From Paenibacillaceae bacterium (lineage in GTDB: Bacteria > Bacillota > Bacilli > Paenibacillales > NBRC-103111), in the NCBI GenBank assembly GCA_020697475.1, contig JAJFMO010000001.1:1-46936 (forward strand): 46,936 bases of DNA, written 5' to 3'. A program made the position numbers and the translations under genes. Shown here piece after piece: positions 28,247 to 37,859 of this stretch. How positions within the stretch are numbered: the first letter of the stretch is position 1; the number at the start of each line of letters is the position of its first letter. The notes under the pieces are model-generated. The model saw nothing but the letters and a program-made list of their open reading frames with translations. It was not told the origin of the DNA and did not search any database.

Positions 28247-29362
28247 ATGATGTCGCGGCGCCGTTTCTTGAAAGGGATGTTGTTGTCACTCGGGATTGTG
28301 ACCGGAGGAATCATTGCGGTATTGGAATTTGTAACGGGAAAGCGGTTCGCGTTGTTTTCCCAGACCGTTCCGGTATCCGATGCGCCGGAGCAGGGCGGAG
28401 AAGTTCCGGTGTCGCGACCCGTTGGCGAGGCAGCCGTTGTAGAGCAGGCTGAACCCCAAGCAGAGGAAACGGCGTCGAACGAACTGCTGCTTTCTTTCTT
28501 CCTGCTCAGCGACATGCATATCTCGATGGATCAACCCATAATGACGGACAAATTGCATTGGGCGCTGAAGGATTTGACGAATTTCGAATCGAAGGTGGAT
28601 ATGATCGTGTTCGGCGGCGACTTGACCGATTTCGGCAGGGACGGCGACTACGATCTGCTGAAGAGCACTATGGCTCAATATAAGCTGCCTCCATTTTATG
28701 GGAACATGGGCAATCATGATTATTACGATATTTGGCTGGATCAGAAGAACGGCTGGTTTTCCGAGAAGACGATGCCCAACGGCAAGACCGACGCGATGGC
28801 TCGCAATCGATTCCTCAACTTTATCGGGTACAAGGACGGCAATGTCTATAAGGATGTGTATGTCAACGGTGTCCACCTGATTATGGTTTCTCAGGAATGC
28901 TATGTACAGGAGAAACGGGACGTCGGCGAAGGCGCTTGGTATAAGGACGATCAGCTGGATTGGTTGAAAAAGGCGATGGAACCGCACAAAGACGGATCTC
29001 CGGCGATTGTTTTTATCCACCAACCGCTGCCTTCGCAAGGAGGCGACGGGCGCACCCACCAACTGATACGCGCCACCGAGTTCCGTGCGATAATGGAACC
29101 CTACAAGAATGTCGTCGTGCTGTCCGGCCATACCCACTGGGATTTCAATGTCAACAACCACGACAATCCGGGGGAGACGTTCCGCTGGTTCAACAATTCG
29201 GCGGTCGGTCCTTGCCGCGGCGACTCCACCAGATCGAGCAAGCGGTCGCAAGGGATGTATGTTCAAGTGTACAAAGATAAAATCCATGTGCGCGGCCGGG
29301 AATTCAGCGATCGTTCATGGATCGAATCTGCGGATTGGGAAGTTCCGATCGTTAAAGTTTGA
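28247..29362 (+). CDS. Tat-exported calcineurin-like metallophosphoesterase
   Basis: SRRRFLK twin-arginine motif; SDMH, GGDLTD, GNHD, HQP, SGHTH. Confidence 0.88.
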   Translation: MMSRRRFLKGMLLSLGIVTGGIIAVLEFVTGKRFALFSQTVPVSDAPEQGGEVPVSRPVGEAAVVEQAEPQAEETASNELLLSFFLLSDMHISMDQPIMTDKLHWALKDLTNFESKVDMIVFGGDLTDFGRDGDYDLLKSTMAQYKLPPFYGNMGNHDYYDIWLDQKNGWFSEKTMPNGKTDAMARNRFLNFIGYKDGNVYKDVYVNGVHLIMVSQECYVQEKRDVGEGAWYKDDQLDWLKKAMEPHKDGSPAIVFIHQPLPSQGGDGRTHQLIRATEFRAIMEPYKNVVVLSGHTHWDFNVNNHDNPGETFRWFNNSAVGPCRGDSTRSSKRSQGMYVQVYKDKIHVRGREFSDRSWIESADWEVPIVKV

Positions 29363-29822
29363 TGATTTCGTATTCGTTGAACTTAAGCGGCGACAAATCG
29401 AATCCGAATGCTCGGATGCTCGGATCATATGGATTTTGCAATGAGACGATCAGAAAACAGGGGAGTTGACGCCAGGCCGTGTCCAAATCTTCGGAAGACG
29501 GAACGCCTGGAGTTTCCGGGTGGGAGTGATAGATTCCAGCGAGCTTCGGATGATCGGTCCGGTTGCCGGAGGAATCGTCTGTGCGATGAATATCTAACGC
29601 GCCTATGCGGCTCAACAGCGAAATCCACTCCCGCGGATCGATTTGAAAATGATGATGCGGATCCCGTGCAACGTTGGCGAGTGCCAAGCTGCCGGTGATC
29701 CGCATCGTTGTTTCATTGACCGTCTCCCCAAATAACGCACCGCATGCTTCCTTCGGCCATTCACGCCGGCAATGACCGACGATGTCGGAGTAGATGTTAT
29801 CGGTGATCTCGATGGTCTTCAC
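29352..29822 (-). CDS. JAB/MPN+ (M67) metallopeptidase
   Basis: P.EACG and YHSHP....PS..D JAMM motif; GTG start inferred. Confidence 0.85.
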   Translation of the reverse strand: MKTIEITDNIYSDIVGHCRREWPKEACGALFGETVNETTMRITGSLALANVARDPHHHFQIDPREWISLLSRIGALDIHRTDDSSGNRTDHPKLAGIYHSHPETPGVPSSEDLDTAWRQLPCFLIVSLQNPYDPSIRAFGFDLSPLKFNEYEIIKL

Positions 29823-29858
29823 GAACTTTTTCCCCGTCCTTTTTCCCAAAACCAAACA

Positions 29859-31184
29859 TTAGCTCACTTGCGCTTCGGGCTTGATCAAGAAAAACACCAG
29901 CCCCAGGGCGATCAGCGACAACGCCGAAACCGTGATGAACACCGCTTCGTGCGACATCTTCATCAGCCAATCGAACAGCGGAGGCCCGAAGGCGACGCCG
30001 AGAAACCGCAGGCAATTGTACATCGACGTGATCATGCCGCGTTCCTGCTTCTTGACCGAACCGGTAATCATGGTGTTGAGGCAGGGAAGCAGTAAGCCGG
30101 TTCCGATGCTGGATAGCGTCAGCAGGCTGATGAACACATACAAATTTTTGTTGAAAAAGATCGTCAGCGTCAGCGCCGCCGTCATCAGAATGAGTCCGAT
30201 GTTCATCAACCAGCGCATCAGGATGCCGTTCTTCTTGATAACACTGCCTGTCGTGTACGAGGTGACAACCATACCGAGCAGCGGGATAGCGAGCACAAAG
30301 CCTTTGGTGACGCCTTTGATATTGTACGGTGCTTCTTCGAGAATGTTGGACAAATAGAACAGCACCCCGAACAGGATGAACAATGCGAGCGACCCGGCGA
30401 AGAATGAAGTAACCAACCAACGGGCTTTTTCTTTTAAAATGTTCCAAACCGAGTGGATGTAAGCCTTCAACTTCTGAGGCTCCTGCTGTTGCTTCGGCTC
30501 TTTAATCAGCCAGATGACGGCGATGATCGACAGAATGCAAAACGCCGGGAAGGCAAAAAACGGTGCGTACCAGATCAGGAGCGCAAGCAATGAGCCGAGA
30601 ATCGGGCTAACTACTTTGCCGACTCCATTGGACGCCTCAATCATTCCGAGCGCCTTGCTCTCCGTGCCTTTCTCGTACTTGTCGCCGATGAGCGCCATCG
30701 CTATGGAAGCGGTTCCGGCCGCTCCGATTCCTTGTAAGGCGCGGGAAGCGATAAGCAAGGTGTAGGATCCCCACACAGCCCCGAATCCGGCTAAAATACC
30801 GGCCCCGCCGTAGACGGCAAGCGAAGGGATGATCACAACTTTGCGCGAGAAGCGATCCGACAAGTAGCCGGACACCGGGATGAAGATGCCTGCGGTCAAT
30901 GAAAACAGCGTAATGACCAAGCTGCTTTGGAACTGGCTGATCTTCATCGCCTTCTCCATTGCCGGCAGCACCGGGACGAGCATCGAGTTGCCGAGCACCA
31001 GAACAAGCGGTACAGTAGCCAAGGCAATAAATTCGCCGACCAACCCTTTGGTTTTGCCGCCGGACTTGGAGTTTTCTTTGCCCGCATCCTTCCCCGCGTT
31101 CTGCGCATCTTGCGAATCGTCAGGCTGCTCGTGTATATCGCTGCGGAACGTGACGAACAGCCTTCTGTCTTTCGTTTTCTCCAT
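29859..31184 (-). CDS. MFS transporter (drug:H+ antiporter-like)
   Basis: GYLSDRFSRK motif A, RALQGIG; GAGGAG RBS before MEKTK. Confidence 0.88.
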   Translation of the reverse strand: MEKTKDRRLFVTFRSDIHEQPDDSQDAQNAGKDAGKENSKSGGKTKGLVGEFIALATVPLVLVLGNSMLVPVLPAMEKAMKISQFQSSLVITLFSLTAGIFIPVSGYLSDRFSRKVVIIPSLAVYGGAGILAGFGAVWGSYTLLIASRALQGIGAAGTASIAMALIGDKYEKGTESKALGMIEASNGVGKVVSPILGSLLALLIWYAPFFAFPAFCILSIIAVIWLIKEPKQQQEPQKLKAYIHSVWNILKEKARWLVTSFFAGSLALFILFGVLFYLSNILEEAPYNIKGVTKGFVLAIPLLGMVVTSYTTGSVIKKNGILMRWLMNIGLILMTAALTLTIFFNKNLYVFISLLTLSSIGTGLLLPCLNTMITGSVKKQERGMITSMYNCLRFLGVAFGPPLFDWLMKMSHEAVFITVSALSLIALGLVFFLIKPEAQVS

Positions 31185-31293
31185 GAACGTGTTGCTCCTC
31201 TTGTACGTTGATGCAGTTACTTTTCCCGTAAAGATGGAACAACATGCGCTTGAATTCAACCGCTGGCCGAGGATGTCAAGCAAACGTTAGCGG

Positions 31294-32913
31294 TCAATGA
31301 TTAACGATGCCGAGTTTCTCCAACTGCGCGGACGGGCGTTGATCGCCCAGTGTTTCGCCAAGCAACGCATAGCGGATCGAATCGATTAGTGCGTGCCAGC
31401 TCGCTTCAATAATATTTTCCGAGACGCCGACTGTGCTCCAAACGTTGTTGGCGTCTGTTGATTCGATCAGCACCCGCACTTTGGCGGCGGTCGCTTCTTT
31501 CTCGTCGATGACCCGCACTTTGTAGTCGGTCAGATGGATCTTGCGAATTCGCGGAAAATGCTGAATTAGCGCCTTGCGCAGCGCGTTGTCGAGCGCATTG
31601 ACCGGGCCGTTGCCTTCGGCGGCCGTATAGACCGTCTCGCCGCGCACGTTGATCTTGACGATCGCTTCGGAGACGACGGAATGATGGAGCGACTTCTCCA
31701 CCAGCAGCTTGAACGATTCGACGGTGAACATCTCCTCGATCGTGCCGAAAGCGTCGCGCAGCAGCAGCTCCAGTGAGGCGTCCGCTCCCTCGAATTGGTA
31801 GCCTTGATGCTCCAGCTCTTTGATCTGGTCAATAATCTGCCGTGACTTGGCGTTCTCCGTATTGATATCGAGCCCAAGCTCCTGCGCCTTGAAAATCAAA
31901 TTGCTCTGGCCCGACAGCTCGGAGACGAGCACGCGCTGCTTGTTGCCAACCAATTCGGGTTGAATGTGCTCGTACGTCTTTGGATGCTTCATGATTGCCG
32001 AGACGTGAATGCCGCCTTTGTGAGCGAAAGCGGAAGCGCCGACGAACGGTTGATTGGTCGGCAAGTGGAAGTTGGCGATTTCCGTCACGTAGCGTGCGGT
32101 TGCCGCCAAGCTTTGCAATTGTTCGCCGCTCACGCATTGGTAGCCCAGCTTGATCTGCAGATTTGGCATCACCGAGCACAGATTGGCGTTGCCGCATCGC
32201 TCGCCGATTCCGTTAATCGTGCCTTGCACCTGCTGCGCTCCAGCTTGGACGCCGGCGATGCTGTTGGCGACCGCAAGCTCGCAGTCGTTGTGCATATGGA
32301 CGCCGATCTGCGTCTTCAACTCAGAGCATACAAGGGAGACGATTTGGTGAATTTCCGACGGCATCGTGCCGCCGTTCGTGTCGCACAGGATGATCCAGTC
32401 GACCCCGGCTTCCTCGGCTTTGCGGATGCACGCCAGTGCATAATCCTGATTATTCTTGAATCCGTCGAAAAAGTGTTCGGCGTCGTATAATACTTCCAGT
32501 CCGTGATCCTTCAAATATTTAACCGAGTCATAAATCATCGCCAAATTTTCTTCCAGCGTCGTCTGAAGCGCGGTGTGAACATGGAAATCCCAGGCCTTGC
32601 CGACCAAGGAAGCGGCCTTCACTCCAGACGCGATGATGTTGTTTAAGTTGGCATCTTGCGCTACGTCAGCGTTCTTGCGGCGCGTACTGCCGAAGGCCGT
32701 TAACTTGGCGTTTTTGAACTCCATTTGTGCGGCCCGTTTGAAAAATTCGATGTCCTTGCCGTTGCTGCCCGGGTTGCCGCCCTCTATGTAATGGACCCCG
32801 AGTTCGTCCAATTTGCGGGCGATCTTTAATTTATCCTCTACGGAAAGACTAATTCCCTCTCCCTGGGAACCGTCTCTTAATGTGGTATCGAAAATTTTTA
32901 CCGGTTGACTCAT
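31294..32913 (-). CDS. cimA: Citramalate synthase
   Basis: DTTLRDGSQGEG, DAEHFFDG, LCDTNGG, HMHND, GERCGNANL, HKGGIH, C-terminal regulatory domain. Confidence 0.93.
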   Translation of the reverse strand: MSQPVKIFDTTLRDGSQGEGISLSVEDKLKIARKLDELGVHYIEGGNPGSNGKDIEFFKRAAQMEFKNAKLTAFGSTRRKNADVAQDANLNNIIASGVKAASLVGKAWDFHVHTALQTTLEENLAMIYDSVKYLKDHGLEVLYDAEHFFDGFKNNQDYALACIRKAEEAGVDWIILCDTNGGTMPSEIHQIVSLVCSELKTQIGVHMHNDCELAVANSIAGVQAGAQQVQGTINGIGERCGNANLCSVMPNLQIKLGYQCVSGEQLQSLAATARYVTEIANFHLPTNQPFVGASAFAHKGGIHVSAIMKHPKTYEHIQPELVGNKQRVLVSELSGQSNLIFKAQELGLDINTENAKSRQIIDQIKELEHQGYQFEGADASLELLLRDAFGTIEEMFTVESFKLLVEKSLHHSVVSEAIVKINVRGETVYTAAEGNGPVNALDNALRKALIQHFPRIRKIHLTDYKVRVIDEKEATAAKVRVLIESTDANNVWSTVGVSENIIEASWHALIDSIRYALLGETLGDQRPSAQLEKLGIVNH

Positions 32914-33127
32914 TGGCTTGCTTCCCCCTAGACTGGTTTGGTCGGAAATACGTTTATTATAACATATGTGACAAGCCATGCTGATATGAGATTCGCAATT
33001 TTGTACGTCTTTTTGGTGATATTGCCTGAAATGGCTGCTATATGCAGGTCGGCTTGACCTGCTTGCCGTTCAACGCTATTCTTTCTTTAAAGAAGTTACC
33101 CATCAGATTACGGAGGAAGAAAAAATT

Positions 33128-33487
33128 ATGCCAAGCGAACCGTCGAAAACGTTGCAGCCCGTACCCAATCCGCACCCGGACCGCGAGTACGAGGTGGAGA
33201 TTGAATGTCCGGAGTTTACCGCGCTTTGTCCGATTACCGGTCAGCCGGATTTCGCAACGATTACTTTTAAATACATCCCAGGTCCGTCCATCGTTGAGCT
33301 GAAGTCTTTGAAGCAGTATTTGTGGAGCTTCCGCGACGAGGGGCATTTTCACGAAGATGTGACGAACCGGATTTTGAAAGATTTCGTTAACTGGATACAG
33401 CCGCGAAAGCTTCAGGTGGTCGGCAAATTCAACGTACGCGGAGGAATCTATACGACGGTGAGAGCCGAGTATGAAGCCGAGCGGTAA
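33128..33487 (+). CDS. queF: NADPH-dependent preQ0 reductase (short unimodular type)
   Basis: [37 protein letters not shown]. Confidence 0.92.
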   Translation: MPSEPSKTLQPVPNPHPDREYEVEIECPEFTALCPITGQPDFATITFKYIPGPSIVELKSLKQYLWSFRDEGHFHEDVTNRILKDFVNWIQPRKLQVVGKFNVRGGIYTTVRAEYEAER

Positions 33488-34748
33488 AGGCAGGGTCATT
33501 CTGCACATCGACATGAACGCGTTCTACTGCTCCGTGCACGAAGCGGTGAACCCGGAATTGTACAGAGGCAAGCCGATCGCCGTGGCGGGAAGTGTCGAGC
33601 TGCGTAAAGGCATCGTTGTCACGTCATCCTATGCTGCGCGCGGACAAGGAGTGCGTACGGGGATGACGGTGCGGCAAGCGATGAAGGTGTGTCCGGAGTT
33701 GATCGTCATCAGCCCGGACTTCCATTTGTACCGCCAGTATTCCAAGCGTTTTATGAAAATTGCCTACGAGTATTCGCCGCTCCTTCAGACGATGTCTATC
33801 GACGAATGTTATGTGGATATTACCGGTTCGGGGCAGTTCGGCACGCCTGTGGAGATAGCGGGGACGATTCAACTGCGCATCCGCGAAGAGCTTGGACTGC
33901 CGTGTTCAATCGGGATCGGTCCGAACAAGCTGCTGGCGAAGATGGGCTCGGATATGAAGAAACCGAACGGGATCTCGATCTTGCGGATCAGAGAGTTCCC
34001 GTCTTTGTTTTGGAACAAGCCTTGTGCGGAGTTGTACGGAATCGGACGGAGAACGGCCGAGCGGCTGAAGAAGTTTAACATCATGACGATCGGACAGCTT
34101 GCGCGCGCGGATGAACGGCTGCTGGCTCGCGAGTTCGGCGTGCTCGGAGCTGAGCTGAAGCGGGCGGCCAACGGGCTGAACGATTCGCCGGTCAACCCCG
34201 AGCAGGAACCGAACAAGTCGATCGGGCATACGACGACGTTGCCGCACGATTATACGTTGGCCGCAGACGTGCGGCGGGTATTCCTCAACCTGGCGGATCA
34301 AGTGGCGCGTCGGATGCGTCGGCAGCATCTGGTGGCGCAAACGGTGCAAATTACGATTCGCGATCCCGATATGAAGACGATTACCCGCTCAGTCACGTTG
34401 GAAACGCCTACGGAGCAAGCCGATGAAGTGTATGCCTGCGCGTGGAAGTTATTCGGGCAGCATTGGAAAGCCGGCGAACCGGTGCGGCTCCTGGGGATCA
34501 CGTTGCAAAACTTGAAGCCGCGTGAAGGGGCGGCGGTTCAGCTGGATCTGTTCAGCTACGAGCAGCAACCGCGTAAAGAGCAGTTGACCAAGGCGATGGA
34601 CGGAATCCGCGACAAATATGGGGAAAATGCGATTGTGACGGCGGGAATGGTCGGCAACGACCCGTCCGTGCTGCTTCGGGACCACAAAGTGCGAGGCACA
34701 TCGCTGCAGACGGATCACTTGAAGGAGATAGATTGGGAGGAGTTGTGA
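33471..34748 (+). CDS. dinB: DNA polymerase IV
   Basis: [39 protein letters not shown]. Confidence 0.95.
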   Translation: MKPSGKGRVILHIDMNAFYCSVHEAVNPELYRGKPIAVAGSVELRKGIVVTSSYAARGQGVRTGMTVRQAMKVCPELIVISPDFHLYRQYSKRFMKIAYEYSPLLQTMSIDECYVDITGSGQFGTPVEIAGTIQLRIREELGLPCSIGIGPNKLLAKMGSDMKKPNGISILRIREFPSLFWNKPCAELYGIGRRTAERLKKFNIMTIGQLARADERLLAREFGVLGAELKRAANGLNDSPVNPEQEPNKSIGHTTTLPHDYTLAADVRRVFLNLADQVARRMRRQHLVAQTVQITIRDPDMKTITRSVTLETPTEQADEVYACAWKLFGQHWKAGEPVRLLGITLQNLKPREGAAVQLDLFSYEQQPRKEQLTKAMDGIRDKYGENAIVTAGMVGNDPSVLLRDHKVRGTSLQTDHLKEIDWEEL

Positions 34749-35299
34749 TTGAGGCGATGGCGGCTGTGATCGGTTTTGCCGGGTTTTCCGGAAGCGGAAA
34801 GACGACGTTGGCCACTCAGGTGGTCGGCTTGTTGCGCGGACGCGGGGTGCGGGTGGCCGTCATCAAGCATGACGGCCACGGACATTATAAGGAAGCGGAA
34901 GGAAGCGATTCCGCTCAATATATATCCGCCGGAGCGCAGCAGGTGGTCGTTGTTTCGCCGGGCGCGGTGGTGACGTACGAGGCGCGGGCAGGAGTGACGC
35001 TGGATGAGCAGCTGCAGCGGATGGAAGACTTCGACGTGGTGTTGGTCGAAGGGTTCAAAGGAGGCGCGCATGCGAAGATCGCGGTATTTCGCGACGCCGA
35101 GCAAGCAGAGGTGTTGGAGCGGCTTGTGAACGTGGCGGCGGTTGTGGCGCCGGCTGAGGTCGCAGCTGTCGCAGTAGAGGCGTTGGGCGGGGCGATGGAG
35201 GCCAACTCTGCTGCCGCCGATGTGCCGGTATTCGACCCTGATGATGTTCCGGGAGTCGCGGATTTCGTCATGCAGTTCGCTGGGCAGATTCGGGAGTAA
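34745..35299 (+). CDS. mobB: Molybdopterin-guanine dinucleotide biosynthesis protein B
   Basis: GFSGSGKTTL, VAVIKHDGH, DVVLVEGFK; start either GTG 34745 or ATG 34757. Confidence 0.88.
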   Translation: MIEAMAAVIGFAGFSGSGKTTLATQVVGLLRGRGVRVAVIKHDGHGHYKEAEGSDSAQYISAGAQQVVVVSPGAVVTYEARAGVTLDEQLQRMEDFDVVLVEGFKGGAHAKIAVFRDAEQAEVLERLVNVAAVVAPAEVAAVAVEALGGAMEANSAAADVPVFDPDDVPGVADFVMQFAGQIRE

Positions 35300-35371
35300 G
35301 TTTTTATTGACACCCGGGCCTTTTTTCATTACATAAGAGTTATAGTTGCAAATGCGAAGGGGGAGGGCGTC

Positions 35372-36817
35372 TTGGTCATCAAACGTTATCCGATATGGGT
35401 TACGGTCGGACTCGTTCTCGTGTTGCTGGTTGCTTGTCAGGGAGCCGATTCCGATTCCCGGGATTCGTTGAATGCCCGAGGCGCCCTCTCTTCCATCGAT
35501 TTGGAAGCGTATGCAAATGCAATGCCTTTCGGTGTCCCCTCACGCGGAGAATTTATGGAAGGCCTCAAAACCGATGAGAGCAAAGTATACGAAGTTCCTA
35601 ATATATCGATCCCCGGCTACATGAAACCGTTCAAAGATCCGACGTTCGGTACAATGATCACAAGGATCGGGGGGACGTTTCAGTCCAAGTTCGCGTTAGC
35701 GGGCGGGGTGGAAGGCGCATGGGGCAAAGACGTCCGACATCATTATATGGAAGTCCAGCCGTGGAGCTCGGACAACAGTCTGATTGAGTTGCAGAATGCC
35801 GGCATGCCTACCAAAGTGTATTTGAACGGCGAAACGTACGAACCGGTTTACGGTCCTTGCCCAAATTATCAGGTGTTCGATGATCGCTGGCACCCAAGCA
35901 AAGACCACCCGCATGAACGGATCAATGTAAAAGAATCGACCCTTAGTTGGTTCGACGTCACGACGTGCACTGAGACCAAACGCATAAATTTGCCATTTCA
36001 CGCGGACTACATAGGCGGAGGCAAGGGCAATCCGACGCAAGACGGCCATTACGTCGCCTTGTTGGATAAGCAGAAGTCGAAAATTTATATCGTCGATATG
36101 GAGCGCAATGTCGTCGGGCCGCCGCACGAAATCGAACCATGTCCGATGGATAAATGCAACGTCTCCTTCGCCTCCCTGTCCCCGACAGGCCGCTATCTGC
36201 TCGTCCACTACGGAGGAGTCAACGGGAATCGCATTTACGACGTCAATTTGGATGCGCTCACCTTTAAATTGCGTTCGTTGCCGGCCGATTCACCGGGATG
36301 CGAGGAGCGCAAGCCGGCGGACGGTTACGCGATGGATGCAGCCAACTTCGCTTTCGTGATCAACTCGTTCGATGATAATGAGGAAGTAATTGTCGGCGAA
36401 CGACGCAATTGGTGCACTACAGCCTACGGCAAGCCGCTGGGCAGTGTGGTCATGGTGCGGCTCAAAGACAATAAGGTGACGAGTCTGACCGACCCGGACA
36501 ATGAGGCGGAAGCGATCCAGATGTCGGGGCAAGCCTATGAGCGTCCCGGATGGGTATACGTGACTTACCAGACGGCTGCCGGCAAGCGATTCGATGGGGA
36601 AATCGTCGCGTTCAAGCTGGACGGGAGCGGGGAAATCGAGCGACTGGCGCATACGCACAGCAACGACCGGCCGTATCGCAACCAGCCGCAGGCTGTGCCG
36701 TCGCGTGACGGCACCCGCGTACTGTTCGCGAGCGCGTGGAACGACCATTGTTCGCGAGGTTGCGGCAAGCCCGACAATCCAAAAGCTTACATCGTAGATA
36801 TAAGGCCGAACCGTTGA
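35372..36817 (+). CDS. Hypothetical Cys-rich lipoprotein, probable beta-propeller
   Basis: Lipobox LVAC; blade-like repeats SPTGRY and PSRDGTRVLFAS; GGAGGG RBS and TTG start. Confidence 0.75.
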   Translation: MVIKRYPIWVTVGLVLVLLVACQGADSDSRDSLNARGALSSIDLEAYANAMPFGVPSRGEFMEGLKTDESKVYEVPNISIPGYMKPFKDPTFGTMITRIGGTFQSKFALAGGVEGAWGKDVRHHYMEVQPWSSDNSLIELQNAGMPTKVYLNGETYEPVYGPCPNYQVFDDRWHPSKDHPHERINVKESTLSWFDVTTCTETKRINLPFHADYIGGGKGNPTQDGHYVALLDKQKSKIYIVDMERNVVGPPHEIEPCPMDKCNVSFASLSPTGRYLLVHYGGVNGNRIYDVNLDALTFKLRSLPADSPGCEERKPADGYAMDAANFAFVINSFDDNEEVIVGERRNWCTTAYGKPLGSVVMVRLKDNKVTSLTDPDNEAEAIQMSGQAYERPGWVYVTYQTAAGKRFDGEIVAFKLDGSGEIERLAHTHSNDRPYRNQPQAVPSRDGTRVLFASAWNDHCSRGCGKPDNPKAYIVDIRPNR

Positions 36818-36841
36818 GCGAGAGGTAGTATTGACTCATAC

Positions 36842-36883
36842 AAAAAACAAGGCCCGGGAGGCATCCGCCTACCCGGGCCTTGT
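36842..36883. terminator. Terminator between convergent genes
   Basis: AAAAA-ACAAGGCCCGGG...CCCGGGCCTTGT. Confidence 0.75.
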
Positions 36884-36900
36884 CCTTGATCCCCGTGCCA

Positions 36901-37836
36901 TCAAGCTTGCTCGGGGGTGTGCGGCTCCAGCTGCCGATCGACCGTGCCGTCTTCTTGGCGAATCCACGTCTCGAATCCGCGCTCGCCCTGCTTGAGTCGA
37001 ATCACCCTCGCACCGCGTAACAACCCTTCCCGGCTATAGCCGTTATAGCCGGCGGGCCGTCCGTGGCATAGCCGTACCCCGTACAGATCTCCTTGAAAAT
37101 CGTTGCCATGGCAGTGCCCGACGAAGATTCCCGATATGTCGCCCATTTCCAGCACGGAGGCGAAAAAGCCCGAGTTCACCTTGGCACAGCCGAAAGCGGG
37201 ATCGAGATGCCGGCCGAAGCACGTGCGGCGCGTCCACAATTCCGCATATTCCGGCAGCGGGATATGGAAGAACGCAAGTGAGTGTACCGGCACTCCGCCG
37301 TTCGCCTCGGCGAATGCCCGCGATTGCTCGCGATACCAGCCGATCTGGTCGTGTCGCAGCCAGTTATAGCCTTTGGCCGCCGTTTCGCTCTTGTTGCCGG
37401 AGTCCAGAAAATACAGGTTCGCCGCGATCGCCTCGCCTTCACTGCCCGACAACGGCAGCGTGTAATTCCCCGAACCGCTAATGTCCTCCGGCCCCGCCTC
37501 GGTGAGGCAGAGGGGCGACTGGCGCAGCATCTCCATCAGCCGCTCTTTCGTCACCCCGTTCTCCGCATCATGATTGCCGAATACTGACGCCCACGGGATC
37601 CCCCCTTCATCGAGTACCGACACGATTCGGCGGAACGATTCATACGGCTGCTCGCACTTGTTCGCCTCGATCGTGTCGCCGGTCACGACGACAAAATCTG
37701 GCGCCTCCTCCTGCAAGATTCGCAGCACCAGCTCGCGCGTGCGCAGGTCGTTCTCGTCGCCGTTCAACCAGTGTGTATCGGTAATTTGCACGATCGTGAA
37801 CGTGCCGTCATCGCGAAACCGCAGCGTCGAACCCAT
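36901..37836 (-). CDS. Metallophosphoesterase (Dcr2-like)
   Basis: TDTH, TGD, FGNHD, FFHIPLPEY, GHCHGND. Confidence 0.88.
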   Translation of the reverse strand: MGSTLRFRDDGTFTIVQITDTHWLNGDENDLRTRELVLRILQEEAPDFVVVTGDTIEANKCEQPYESFRRIVSVLDEGGIPWASVFGNHDAENGVTKERLMEMLRQSPLCLTEAGPEDISGSGNYTLPLSGSEGEAIAANLYFLDSGNKSETAAKGYNWLRHDQIGWYREQSRAFAEANGGVPVHSLAFFHIPLPEYAELWTRRTCFGRHLDPAFGCAKVNSGFFASVLEMGDISGIFVGHCHGNDFQGDLYGVRLCHGRPAGYNGYSREGLLRGARVIRLKQGERGFETWIRQEDGTVDRQLEPHTPEQA

Positions 37837-37859
37837 CGTTTCTCCCCGTCCTTTTCACC

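Noticed and set aside
28286..29287. 333-aa ORF on the minus strand
   Set aside because: Antisense shadow of the Tat metallophosphoesterase
26160..29822. CBASS-like defence system (nucleotidyltransferase, exonuclease, JAB)
   Set aside because: The NTase is DUF294/GlnD-like and coupled to amtB; the JAB gene is on the opposite strand beyond a terminator; no E1/E2 or effector gene
32990..33127. preQ1 riboswitch upstream of queF
   Set aside because: Only a simple hairpin; no preQ1-I loop consensus with an adjacent A-rich tail recognised (an Rfam scan would settle it)
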